Origin: Macrostomum hystrix
Lineage: Eukaryota > Animalia > Platyhelminthes
Assembly (NCBI GenBank): GCA_950097015.1
Contig: CATNEN010000038.1
Coordinates: forward strand, 32,178,001-32,242,000
Length of the DNA: 64,000 bases
Direction: 5' to 3'
Each line of letters opens with the position of its first letter. The stretch's first letter is position 1. The translations under genes and the position numbers were made by a program. Below, piece after piece: positions 38,649 through 49,635 of this stretch. Below the pieces are notes generated by a model. It was not told the DNA's origin. It ran no database searches and saw only the letters and a list, made by a program, of their open reading frames with translations.

Positions 38649-39034
38649 CTAGCATCATACAACAGCAAGCTAATCTGCAGGCTAAGATTCTAAGCCTTCT
38701 AGGCTCCGGTCAAAGTCATCAGCAATCACAGCAGCAGCAGCAGCCTCAACAAAAACATTCATTGACTGCTGGCGAAGCCAATATTGGCGAAATACAGAAG
38801 GCTCTAGACTCACTGCTTGGCGGCGGCTCTGCTTCCGGGGCCGGCAGAAGCGGCGTTGCCCCGCAGTTGCCGCCTCTGCCGCCGCAGATGCAACAGCAAC
38901 AGCAGAAGCAGCCGATAACACCCCAGCAGCAGCAGCAGCAGCAGCAGCCTAGTGGCGCAGACCCCAGATTGGCTCGCTACGGGGCCTACAGAGATGTCGG
39001 CGGAGGCGGCGGTGGTGCCAGCAATCACTGGTGA
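17731..39034 (+). CDS. NCOA5: Nuclear receptor coactivator 5; 4 exons, 18.3-kb first intron
   Basis: Phase-consistent GT-AG exons 17731-18350, 36608-36810, 37475-37792 and 38364-39034. RD-repeat N-terminus, then [36 protein letters not shown] matching the NCOA5 core, and a Q-rich C-terminus with LQAKILSLL and IQKALDSLL. Confidence 0.92.
18410..18745. repeat. Degenerate ~40-bp tandem repeat (ATAAGGGTGTCTCTAGACAGATTGAGGAAGTGTCTG...)
   Basis: Several imperfect copies visible. Confidence 0.75.
19349..19490. repeat. 17-bp GACA-rich repeat (ACAGACAGACACCCAGA); recurs at 26218-26277 and 36416-36455
   Basis: Same unit and orientation at the three junctions of the Crypton-like units. Confidence 0.85.
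20800..23116 (-). mobile_element. Internally deleted Ty3/Gypsy fragment (gag, RNase H, integrase; no protease/RT core, no LTR seen)
   Basis: gag [28 protein letters not shown]; RNase [27 protein letters not shown]; integrase [36 protein letters not shown]; frameshifted. Confidence 0.92.
23346..25585 (-). pseudogene. Spliced zinc-finger + tyrosine recombinase gene of unit A
   Basis: CLYC..H..H finger; intron 25190-25099; [70 protein letters not shown] (YR box II with catalytic Tyr). In-frame stop at 24680, frameshifts, and box I apparently deleted. Confidence 0.85.
27112..28435 (-). pseudogene. Paralogue of the N-terminal half of the unit A protein; no recombinase domain
   Basis: [44 protein letters not shown] and [27 protein letters not shown] align by eye with 24479-25359. 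Intron at an equivalent position (donor near 27982); frameshifts. Confidence 0.82.
28570..34707. repeat. Satellite array, ~244-bp unit (two ~85-99 bp subrepeats + 60-bp A-rich block), about 25 units
   Basis: Directly visible; interrupted twice (29059-29200, 32384-32525) by four 31-bp TGCGAAATCCGGGACTA repeats. Confidence 0.97.
34680..35029 (-). CDS. Two-exon chromodomain ORF inside unit B
   Basis: Exon 35029-34923 [43 protein letters not shown] intron, then exon from 34797 [20 protein letters not shown]; matches the VEKI..YxxKWxGY..NTWEP consensus. Confidence 0.85.
37270..37443 (-). mobile_element. tRNA-derived SINE in NCOA5 intron 2
   Basis: Minus strand: TAGCGGCTAGAGC (A-box-like), GGTTTCGATTCCC (B-box), then GCAAGACACTTAACCC..CCAGCGGTTAAATGGGTGCC, resembling conserved central SINE domains. 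The element probably extends further left. Confidence 0.75.
37920..38285. repeat. 22-24 bp minisatellite (ATCAGTTTGTCATTTTC...) in NCOA5 intron 3
   Basis: Directly visible. Confidence 0.95.
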
Positions 39035-39449
39035 CCTGCTGACTCGATGACAATGTTCTTTAGCAATGTCTATGGCCAAAATAGTCCCAAGCCACCCTTC
39101 GTAATTACCAGCCCTGTCGCATCTTTATTATGCCGAAGAAGTTAAAAGGAGAGAAAATGTAAGTAAATATTGCATTTTTCTAATAAATTAATAAAACATT
39201 TGCTTTTAGAACCAAAATGCATTAGCTTCATTGTTTTGTATAGGCACCAACTCTATAATACTATTAGTAGTTTTACTTCGTGGAAAATGTTCTTTTTCAT
39301 TAGGACGTAACTTTTTTTCTAGTTCTAGCTTCAAAATAATTTCTGTTATGTCTTGTTGCTGTCTATATATAAGCATAAATAAATTGAGGTCTTTTTTGCT
39401 TGTTTTAAAACACTATCTTTGTCACACCCCTTTTAACCTACCTTCATTG

Positions 39450-40705
39450 CCTCTCTTCAACCTGCCTTTATCACCTCCCTTCAAACGGGCTCTTTCACCC
39501 TCCTTCAGTATGTCTCTATCACCCTCCATCAGTATGTCTCTAACACCCTCCTTCAGTATGTCTCTATCACCTCCCTTCAACCTGTCTCTATCACCTCCCT
39601 TCAAACTGTCTCTATCACCCTCCTTCAGTATGTCTCTATCACCTCCCTTCAACCTGTCTCTATCACCTCCCTTCAAACTGTCTCTATCACCTCCCTTCAA
39701 ACTGTCTCTATCACCTCCCTTCAAACTGTCTCTATCACCTCCCTTCATTATGTCTCTATCACCCTCCTTCAGTATGTCTCTATAACCTCCCTTCAATCTG
39801 TCTCTATCACCTCCCTTCAATCTGTCTCTATCACCTCCCATCAATCTGTCTCTATCACCTCCCTTCAATCTGTCTCTATCACCCTCCTTCAGTATGTCTC
39901 TATCACCTCCCTTCAACCTGTCTCTATCACCTCCCTTCAACCTGTCTCTATCACCTCCCTTCAACCTGTCTCTATCACCTCCCTTCAAACTGTCTCTATC
40001 ACCCTCCTTCAAACTGTCTCTATCACCCTCCCTTCAAACTGTCTCTATCACCTCCCTTCAAACTGTCTCTATCACCCTCCTTCAAACTGTCTCTATCACC
40101 TCCCTTCAAACTGTCTCTATCACCCTCCTTCAAACTGTCTCTATCACCTCCCTTCAAACTGTCTCTATCACCCTCCTTCAGTATTTCTCTATCACTTCAG
40201 TATGTCTCTATCACCCTCCTTCAGTATGTCTTTAACACCCTCCTTCAGTATGTCTCTAACACCCTCCTTCAGTATGTCTCTATCACCCTCCTTCAGTATG
40301 TCTCTATCACCATCCTTCAGTATGTCTCTATCACCCTCCTTCAGTATGTCTCTAACACCCTCCTTCAGTATGTCTCTATCACCCTCCTTCAGTATGTCTT
40401 TAACACCCTCCTTCAGTATGTCTTTAACACCCTCCTTCAGTATGTCTTTAACACCCTCCTTCAGTATGTCTCTAACACCCTCCTTCAGTATGTCTCTATC
40501 ACCCTCCTTCAGTATGTCTTTAACACCCTCCTTCAGTATGTCTTTAACACCCTCCTTCAGTATGTCTTTAACACCCTCCTTCAGTATGTCTCTAACACCC
40601 TCCTTCAGTATGTCTCTATCACCTCCCTTCATTATGTCTCTATCACCTCCCTTCATTATGTCTCTATCACCTCCCTTCATTACGTCTCTATTCCTCCCTT
40701 CAATC
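39450..40705. repeat. 24-bp minisatellite (CCTTCAGTATGTCTCTATCACCCT and variants)
   Basis: Directly visible; overlapping ORFs are artefacts. Confidence 0.96.
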
Positions 40706-41124
40706 TGTCTCAACCTGTCAATCTGCCAATCAGATTTTTTAACTTCATTTCTCTGATCTGATTTCTGTCCATTCACTTGCAATATTTGATGATGTAATAA
40801 TAATAATGCTTGGGCAACTTATTAACTTTGTTCTTTAAAAGCAGAACAAGTTTTTATCAGTTTAACAGTGAAATTGAAGCCTGCATTGTACTCATTGTAG
40901 TTTTGTTAATAACTTAGAAATGGCAGCTCGTATTGGCGTGTCTGTCCGATTGACACGTAGCACTTGAATTTGGGCTTTGTTTGCTGCGCTTCGCATTATG
41001 AATAGCGTTTCTAAATATACTACAGTCATGTAGAAATATTTGTGAACTTTTTTTCTCTTTTTTCTACAAGCTTTCTTTTCAGCGCTAGAGTTTTCTAGAT
41101 AGTTGTCTAGTCTAATTGTATACA

Positions 41125-41617
41125 TGTCAGACAGTGTCAGAGAGTCGGGTGTCAGATGTCAGTGTCAGAGAGTCGGGTGTCAGATGTCAGTGTCAGAGAG
41201 TCGGGTGTCAGACAGTGTAAGAGTCGGCTGTCAGACAGTGTAAGAGTCGGGTGTCAGATGTCAGACAGTTTCATGTCAGAGAGTCGGGTGTCAGACAGTG
41301 TAAGAGTCGGGTGTCAGACAGTGTAAGAGGCGGGTGTCAGATGTCAGACAGTGTCAGATGTCATGGTCTAGGGTGTCAGATGTCATAGTCTAGGGTGTCA
41401 GATGTCAGTGTCAGAGAGTCGGGTGTCAGAAAGTGTAAGAGTCGGGTGTCAGACAGTGTAAGAGTCGGGTGTCAGATGTCAGACAGTTTCATGTCAGAGA
41501 GTCGGGTGTCAGATTTCGGACAGTGTCAGAGAACCGGGTGTCAGATGTCATGGTCTAGGGTGTCAGATGTCATAGTCTAGTGTGTCAGATGTCATAGTCT
41601 AGGGTGTCAGATGTCAG
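41125..41617. repeat. TGTCAGA-based compound tandem repeat upstream of GLO1
   Basis: Directly visible. Confidence 0.9.
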
Positions 41618-41659
41618 GTCTAAATTGAGGCAACTATTGCAGCCGACTCCGGCATCCCA

Positions 41660-43920
41660 ATGGCCCTATCCAAAGCTGAGCTGAGCGCTCTGTGCAAGGC
41701 CCCGCCAGCCGAGACCCGGGGCTATGTGATGCAGCAGACAATGCTGCGCGTGAAGGACCCGCGCCGCTCTCTAGACTTCTATTCGTCTGTGCTCGGCATG
41801 CGACTGCTGGGCAAATTCGACTTCCCTAGCATGGCTTTCTCGCTCTACTTCATGGGCTATGCAGAGGAGTCCAGCATTCCAACTAATGATACCGAGAAAA
41901 TTGCCTACCTGTTTCGTCTGCCTGGAACTGTGGAGCTCACACACAACTATGGCACCGAGTCTGATCCAGAACAGGTACTAACCGCTTTTGGTGTCATGAC
42001 CCTGTTCCTTGGTTCATATGACCCTGATCCTTGGTTCATATGACCCTGATCCTTGACTCATATGACCCTGATCCTTGATTCATATGACCCTGATCCTTGA
42101 TTCATATGACCCTGATCCTTGATTCATATGACCCTGATCCTTGATTCATATGACCCTGATCCTTGATTCATATGACCCTGTTCCTTGATTCATATGACCC
42201 TGTTCCTTGATTCATATGACCCTGATCCTTGATTCATATGACCCTGATCCTTGATTCATATGACCCTGATCCTTGATTCATATGACCCTGATCCTTGATT
42301 CATATGACCCTGATCCTTGATTCATACGACCCTGTTCCTTGATTCATATGACCCTGTTCCTTGATTCATATGACCCTGATCCTTGATTCATATGACCCTG
42401 ATCCTTGATTCATATGACCCTGATCCTTGATTCATATGACCCTGTTCCTTGATTCATATGACCCTGATCCTTGATTCATACGACCCTGTTCCTTGATTCA
42501 TATGACCCTGATCCTTGATTCATATGCAGACCCTGTTCCTTGACTCATACGACCCTGATCCTTGATTCATACGACCCTGTTCCTTGATTCATATGACCCT
42601 GATCCTTGACTCATACGACCCTGATCCTTGACTCATACGACCCTGATCCTTGATTCATATGACCCTGTTCCTTGACTCATACGACCCTGATCCTTGATTC
42701 ATATGACCCTGTTCCTTGACTCATACGACCCTGATCCTTGATTCATATGACCCTGATCCTTGACTCATACGACCCTGATCCTTGATTCATATGACCCTGA
42801 TCCTTGATTCATATGACCCTGATCCTTGATTCATATGACCCTGATCCTTGATTCATATGACCCTGATCCTTGATTCATATGACCCTGATCCTTGATTCAT
42901 ATGACCCTGTTCCTTGATTCATATGACCCTGATCCTTGATTCATATGACCCTGATCCTTGATTCATATGACCCTGATCCTTGATTCATATGACCCTGATC
43001 CTTGATTCATATGACCCTGATCCTTGATTCATATGACCCTGATCCTTGATTCATATGACCCTGATCCTTGATTCATATGACCCTGATCCTTGATTCATAT
43101 GACCCTGATCCTTGATTCATATGACCCTGATCCTTGATTCATATGACCCTGATCCTTGATTCATATGACCCTGTTCCTTGATTCATATGACCCTGATCCT
43201 TGATTCATACGACCCTGTTCCTTGATTCATATGACCCTGATCCTTGATTCATATGCAGACCCTGTTCCTTGACTCATACGACCCTGATCCTTGATTCATA
43301 CGACCCTGTTCCTTGATTCATATGACCCTGATCCTTGACTCATACGACCCTGATCCTTGACTCATACGACCCTGATCCTTGATTCATATGACCCTGTTCC
43401 TTGACTCATACGACCCTGATCCTTGATTCATATGACCCTGTTCCTTGACTCATACGACCCTGATCCTTGATTCATATGACCCTGATCCTTGACTCATACG
43501 ACCCTGATCCTTGATTCATATGACCCTGTTCCTTGACTCATACGACCCTGATCCTTGAATCATATGACCTTGACCCATCTCTGACCCAGTTACATTGACC
43601 CATCTCTGACCCAGTTACATTGACCCATCTCTGACCCAGTTACCTTGCCTCATCTCTGACCCAGTTGCCTTGAATCATATCCAACCCACCGCCAGTCGTA
43701 CCACAATGGCAACTCGGATCCTCGCGGCTTTGGCCACATCGGCATCAGCGTGCCGGATGTCTACGAGGCCTGCAAGCGTTTCGATCGCTTGGGCGTGAAA
43801 TTCGCCAAGAAGCCGGACGACGGTAAAATGAAAGGCCTAGCCTTCATCCTTGATCCCGATGGCTACTGGATTGAGATTCTCAACGCCGATCGGATGGTGG
43901 AGATTGCTAAGGTGGATTAA
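41660..43920 (+). CDS. GLO1: Lactoylglutathione lyase (glyoxalase I), 179 aa, 2 exons
   Basis: Exons 41660-41974 and 43696-43920 (phase 0). Motifs [51 protein letters not shown]. Confidence 0.97.
41995..43672. repeat. 22-bp minisatellite (CATATGACCCTGATCCTTGATT) plus short 26-bp array filling the GLO1 intron
   Basis: About 70 units of the 22-mer, then TGACCCATCTCTGACCCAGTTACAT units. Confidence 0.97.
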
Positions 43921-45228
43921 TGAGATAATCCCTGCACATATGGCTGTTACCCTAACAGCTAAAGTGGACTTTTTACAAATAAAATTTCTTAATGGTTTTA
44001 ATGAGTTCCAATTCCCAACTTCAACAACTACATTAACGTAAAGAAATTTTGTGATTTCTTAGAATTCTCGGGACTTGATAATTACTCAATTCTCGATATT
44101 GAGATATTGTTCAATGATTTTTATTTCCTAGTTAAAACTGTTTTCCCTTTTCCGCACCAATTTAAAAGGCAATGTCGATCACGATATAACTTCTGTTCTT
44201 TATCTGAAGATACAATTTAAATATTCACAAAAAACTTGTTATATCAAACACAAAAATGCCAGAATATTATCCTTACACTCCTGCTTTGAAGGAAATGAAA
44301 ATACTGCTCTGCTATACGAGTCGTATATTGTTTTCTAACGGATTTACTTCTAGTAGTGTTTAGCGTTTTTTTTTATTTTTTGTTTCCTACTTGACCTATA
44401 AAATACTTGTTGTTTAATTTTTTAAATCTTCTCAGTGTTTAAAAGCTAAAAATATACACTTTCTAAAAAAGTTGAGTTTTTATTTTGAATTTCATATTTT
44501 GCTAATCAATGTTTGATAACCCATTAGCGCTAGTGTATTTCATACACCCCTATACACGAATTAGCACTGCGCGTCAGTGCGGCCTTGCCTGCAGGCCTTC
44601 AAAATTGATCAGCATGTCACCCGAATGTGTCGGCATCATCTCCGTCTTCAGTGGTCTGCATCTACCTTTATCTAGATGGATTTGCTGGACCTTCAATGGT
44701 CTACAACAGGTGGAAATAGGCCACCATGGACACCCTGACGCGAATTTCTCCGATTTCACAGTACACTACCGTCTCGCCTGCCAACCAAACGCTTTTAGCA
44801 TTCATGAAAATTGGTTGAATATTTTGAGAGATACAGAAAGCAAGGCGATAAAGATTGGGTCGCTCACAGCCAAAATGTAGTTATTTTTTATACAATAAAA
44901 TTTGTAAAATTGATTGTGCAAAGTTCTAACTGAAACACTTGAATTTGAATGAGCTTTATGTTGCTGGTTAGGCAGGTTACGCAGTTATACTAAACTTGTT
45001 AACTAATCTCGATGTTTAAGTCTGTTTAAGTCGATGATATATAATTTTATGAGTATAAAAGATGAAACAGACACCTGGTTTGATTTTATTTTAAGAAGTT
45101 TGCCTAATCGTTGCAAAATCCAAAATTTTCAATATATTTCTTTCTCACAAAGTGCGAATGAAAGTTTCAGTCCTGCAGTTTCGAGCGGACAGTTGAGAAA
45201 CCATGGATGATAGTCACAGCTATGCAGC

Positions 45229-45978
45229 TCACAGCACGCGGAACTTGACCCAGTCCACGCTCGTCTCGATCTCCTCTTCCACCTGAGCGTCAGTGAACAG
45301 CAGCAGACGGCAGGTGCTCAGCCTGCTGTTGTAGAGCGCGTGTCTGCAGCTGCCCGACCTGGTGGCAGCCGCCACGCAGTGCACAGCATTCCCCACCTGC
45401 AGCAAGTCAGAGTAGCAGTACTCAGAGCTGGGATTGTAGCTGGTGCGCTTGAACGGAGTCCGCTGCCATGTGGCACTGGCGGCAGGCTCCGAAGTGGATG
45501 ACGCTTTGAACTCACAGGCGAATCCGCGCAGAGTTGAACACTGTTGGTCAATTATTTTATCTTGAGTGTTTGGTGACTTACTGAGGCAATCTTGATTGCC
45601 ATTGCCATTGTTCGGGTCATTTGGACTCCACAGTGAGTCGTTGAGAGGCAGCAACCGATTGTCAGGGATCATCTGCCAGCCGGACCTGCTGACGTTTCTC
45701 TCATCAGCCATGTCGGTCACTCCGAGCCAGAGAAAGCAGCTGCAGTTGAAGCTCGGCATGCTGCCCATCAGCTTCAGCGAGATGTACGAGTTGAACAGCT
45801 CGCCACCGATCGACTCACACTGCCGATTGGCTGAGCACCAGCTTGAGCTCTGAGCTGTGCTCACGAACACGCACCTGCCGGCCTCCAGGCTGTATGGAGC
45901 TGGACACTGAAGAGCCAGCACATCGTAACTTCTCAGTAAAGAATAAAGAACTGCGACTAGTGCATTGTGGGCTTGCAT
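45229..45978 (-). CDS. Secreted C-type lectin + PAN/apple-like domain protein, paralogue 1
   Basis: Signal peptide; CTLD motifs SWCSANRQCESIGGEL, LWLGVTD, W..DPNN..NQDC, FACE; C-terminal C..AA..C..ALYN..CRL PAN-like module; intronless. Confidence 0.88.
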   Translation of the reverse strand: MQAHNALVAVLYSLLRSYDVLALQCPAPYSLEAGRCVFVSTAQSSSWCSANRQCESIGGELFNSYISLKLMGSMPSFNCSCFLWLGVTDMADERNVSRSGWQMIPDNRLLPLNDSLWSPNDPNNGNGNQDCLSKSPNTQDKIIDQQCSTLRGFACEFKASSTSEPAASATWQRTPFKRTSYNPSSEYCYSDLLQVGNAVHCVAAATRSGSCRHALYNSRLSTCRLLLFTDAQVEEEIETSVDWVKFRVL

Positions 45979-46611
45979 TGCAGCTTTGCTGGGAAATTTC
46001 AGGGAAAAGCTAAAGAGAAAATTTTATTCTGACACTTCATCATTTATGACTCTGTCTCTCGAGTGCTCTGGTGCGTCCCGTTTTCTTAGAATGCTTTCGC
46101 CACGCCTCAGTTACACGGCTCGACAAGTCCAAACCCTCGTTGTCAACGGAGCGTCCAATCGTTTGTTTGAATTGTTGGTTTTATTTTTATCGAAGCAAAT
46201 CATCTCTTCAACAAACATAATTGCTGCAAATATACTAACCTGTGCTAGTTCTTATGGCTATTTCACCTAAGATAGTCTAAGGGACTTGGTAGCCGTAAGT
46301 GTTTTTTCTTGAGCTATCGATACATTATTAAACATTGATTAAAACTGGGGGGAATCTAGATCCTTGTTTAATGCCTGCCACGAAATCATAAAGCTGTGCT
46401 ATTTTAGGAACTTTTTTATAGTCCGTAGCTATATCCATAAAGTATATAGTTGAACCAACTAAACACATTTATAGTTGATAGTAGTGTAAAAATGTGGTTC
46501 TTAATAAAAATTTCACGAGAAAAATGCACAAGAAAAACTAACATTTCCTGTTTAGAAGCCTCTTGTCTATTGGTTGGGTTAGATCCAGAAGAAATTCACT
46601 ACTGCCTACTA

Positions 46612-48302
46612 CAGCTTTTTGCGTTCAATTTTGGACAGCGGGCTTTCTATTTCGGCAAGGGTCTATGTGTCAGTCTCCCATCCCCTCCCATTGGTGTCTA
46701 TGGCCAGAAAATGCACAGACGGGCTTTCAAATTCGACAGCGGGCAATCAATTTCGGCATGCAACCGGATTGACTGGAACTTCTTTCTTACTGGCAATCCT
46801 CAGCTCGTGGCAGCTGTCTATGGTAGAAGCAGCTTGACTGCTCGTTAATTAGACAGAGATCACAGAGGGAGAGAGTTTAGCAACACTGAGTCTTCTCTGT
46901 TAAAATCTAACAGTTTAACATGGAGCATCGGCAGAATGCAACGATATCCAGAGACAAAGGACATCTTGTCATCCAGGCTTGGCAGCGCGGAGAGCTCGGG
47001 ACTGACATATCAAGGATGCTTGGGGTGAAGCGCTCAACCGTGTACAGCATCTGTCACGCTTTTGACACGGAGGGGAGAAGGTATTCATTGCCTAAGGGTG
47101 GTAACAGGTGCCAAAAGCTCACCAACCCCATGAAGAATTTCCTGATGGCCGTTGTGGACGAGGACCCTTTTGCTACACTGCAGCAGTTGCGTACTCGCTT
47201 GCTGGCCGAGTTTCAGGGTACGCTCGATAGTGTTGACATCTCGACCATTTCGAGGGCACTGGACAGTCACCTTTACACTATGAAGTGCCCCTCGAGGGAA
47301 GGTGACGTGCTGGCTGCAAGGAACTCCGTGGAGAACAAAGCCGGGAGACAAGATTTCGCCAACTGGTTGGTCAACTTGCCGCCTTTTGTTGAGCTGGTGC
47401 ATCTTGATGAGTCCGGCTACGGAGTCTGGACTCGGTGCAGCTTCGGTCGAAGTGAGCGAGGAAAGCCAGTTCTCAGATTTGTGCACACTCAGAAGAGCCC
47501 TGGACTCAACCTCATTCTGGTAACTTCTCCTACTATCGGCTTGGTGGAGTTCAGCCTTGAGATCGGTTCTGTGAACCGTGAGCGTGTGCAGATTTTGGTC
47601 CCTCGAATCTGCCAGAGCGTTGCCGCTTATCTGCCAGAAAGCCATCAGTGTGTGATTCTGCTGGATGGGGCTCGGTTTCACCAGGGGCTTCAAATTCCAC
47701 AGGAATTTGAAGGTCGCATCAGCTTTCGCACCTTGCCCCCATACTCACCATTCCTGAACCCAGTGGAGCTGGCACACAGTGCGTTCAAGGCTGCAGTGAA
47801 GCGCCAACTGAGTCAGCCAGTTGTTCAGCAGGAATTTGCTCTTATTCCGGAGGACATGAGCGCTAGGGACTGGAGGATAATGGTGCTGCAGCACTGTGGT
47901 GTTGAGGCAATGGATGCCATCACCCAGCAGAAGTGCAGTGCTTGGTTTCAGCACACACTGCGATTCATCCCTCCGTGCGTGGCTAGAGAAGCATAATTGG
48001 ATAAATGTTGATTATCTTTGTCTTTGTGGTCCGACTTGTTTCACTCGTTCGCGACTCTATCGTGGTGTCCCAGTTTGCATTGAATTCATTCAACAAAATT
48101 TTCGCGTTTTTTAACTCCGAAATATACAGTTTAAATGTTAGCTTAAGTGGATTAATGCCGAAATTGATTGCCCGCTGTCGAATTTGAAAGCCCGTCTATG
48201 CATTTTCTGGCCATAGACACCAATGGGAGGGGATGGGAGACTGACACATAGACCCTTGCCGAAATTGAAAGCCCGCTGTCCAAAGTTGAACGCAAAAAGC
48301 TA
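46612..48302 (+). mobile_element. IS630/Tc1-like DNA transposon with ~150-bp TIRs and intact ORF
   Basis: 46612-46759 is a near-perfect reverse complement of 48155-48302; TA flanks. Confidence 0.95.
46920..47996 (+). CDS. IS630/Tc1-like transposase, DD33E
   Basis: HTH N-terminus; HLDESG, LLDGARFH, LPPYSPFLNPVE; uninterrupted 358 aa. Confidence 0.93.
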   Translation: MEHRQNATISRDKGHLVIQAWQRGELGTDISRMLGVKRSTVYSICHAFDTEGRRYSLPKGGNRCQKLTNPMKNFLMAVVDEDPFATLQQLRTRLLAEFQGTLDSVDISTISRALDSHLYTMKCPSREGDVLAARNSVENKAGRQDFANWLVNLPPFVELVHLDESGYGVWTRCSFGRSERGKPVLRFVHTQKSPGLNLILVTSPTIGLVEFSLEIGSVNRERVQILVPRICQSVAAYLPESHQCVILLDGARFHQGLQIPQEFEGRISFRTLPPYSPFLNPVELAHSAFKAAVKRQLSQPVVQQEFALIPEDMSARDWRIMVLQHCGVEAMDAITQQKCSAWFQHTLRFIPPCVAREA

Positions 48303-48634
48303 TAATGAGTAGGATGGCGAGGTCCGAAGAAGCTTACGGCCATGGATAAATAAGCTAAGGCTGGTGAGGGACTCAATGGTATATTAAAGCCCGCAAATAA
48401 TTGGGTATTACGATGTACTCCGTGCCATAAACATATTGCATCAGTAAGGCATTGCTATTTGTCGAGCGTTGAAGGTCAATGGCACTAGGGCGCGCAGCTA
48501 TATTTTCTATTTTCTGTCCGTTGCTCCCTCTGAGTTTTGACCATAGACATTAGACATTAGTGCCAGGGACAACTAAAACCCTCGGGACGCGAAACGAGCC
48601 AATTCATGGCAAGAAATCTGAGGGGCTCGCTTAA

Positions 48635-49635
48635 AAGTATTGTTCTATGGCTTTTTCGAGTCTTCTCTGCTATCAAGCAAATTAAAATTGCTTTAGCTGC
48701 GGCCAGCAGTGAAGCTTAGCTGAACTATATCAAGAGAAGCATTTTTTATTCACTTGATGAAATGCCAAGAAAGTGCAGCGTATTTCCGTGCTCGTCAAAT
48801 TACAACTCTGAAGCCGTTCGAGCACGGATATTTGCGTTTCCCAGAGATCCACAGGAGCGGGAGCGATGGAGAAAGGCGCTGCCAAATATTCTCCAGGTAA
48901 GAAACCAGATCATTTGCTGTCATTACTGCTGCATAATTCCGCTTCAATTCTGCCTGCCAGTCTCGTCCAAACCACTTGAAACCCAAAATTTATTATTTTA
49001 GAGGGACTGACAGCATGGGCGTGTGCGTAAAGCATTAGACTTATCCTGTCTCTGCTACAGCAGTTTTATTCTGCACTCTCCTACGTGCGCAACTCGCGTG
49101 CAGAAGCTGTTTTATGTTATTTTAAGGACTTTTAATTTCCAACTAAGACACAGTTCAGCATGGACAGTGTGTCCCGTCGGCTAGCCAACGTTTTTTTCAA
49201 AGGACTAGTAAGACGCTCGTCAAAACTCCCACCAATACCGACGACATCCCATGATAGATAGCTTCGGAAGTTAGATGCTCAGTAGGTGAAGTTCCAGCGT
49301 TTCCTTTATGTACGACTACGAGCTACTGACTGTTTGTGTCGTCTTGTCCTTGGAGTTCCGTATTTGCTTCTTTTTTCTTGCCGTTGGAGTTTCATCTTCG
49401 CTTTCACCCTTTATCTTCTTGCCGTTGGAGTTATATCTTTGCTTTCATCTTTTATCTTCTTGCCGTTGGAGTTTTTTTGTTGATATGGCGGTTACTTTAT
49501 TGTAAATACATTGTAACTATATCACTGGTTTCTATTATTTAAATTAAATACTCGACATTGCCTCGCTTTACTATTTAATCTAACCGTTAATGCCTGATAG
49601 CAGAGAAAACTTGAAAAAGCCATAGAACAATACTT
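48635..49635 (+). mobile_element. Non-autonomous THAP-bearing DNA transposon remnant (Kolobok- or P-like)
   Basis: ~45-bp TIRs AAGTATTGTTCTATGGCTTTTTC..CTCTGCTATCA; flanks TTAA and TTAG; THAP fragment MPRKCSVFPCSSNY..FAFPRD..RERWRKAL (48762-48896), intron, then GVCVKH and a stop. Confidence 0.75.

Noticed and set aside
44759-44806. Short similarity to 49779-49838
   Set aside because: Too short to classify; probably a fragment of a dispersed repeat.
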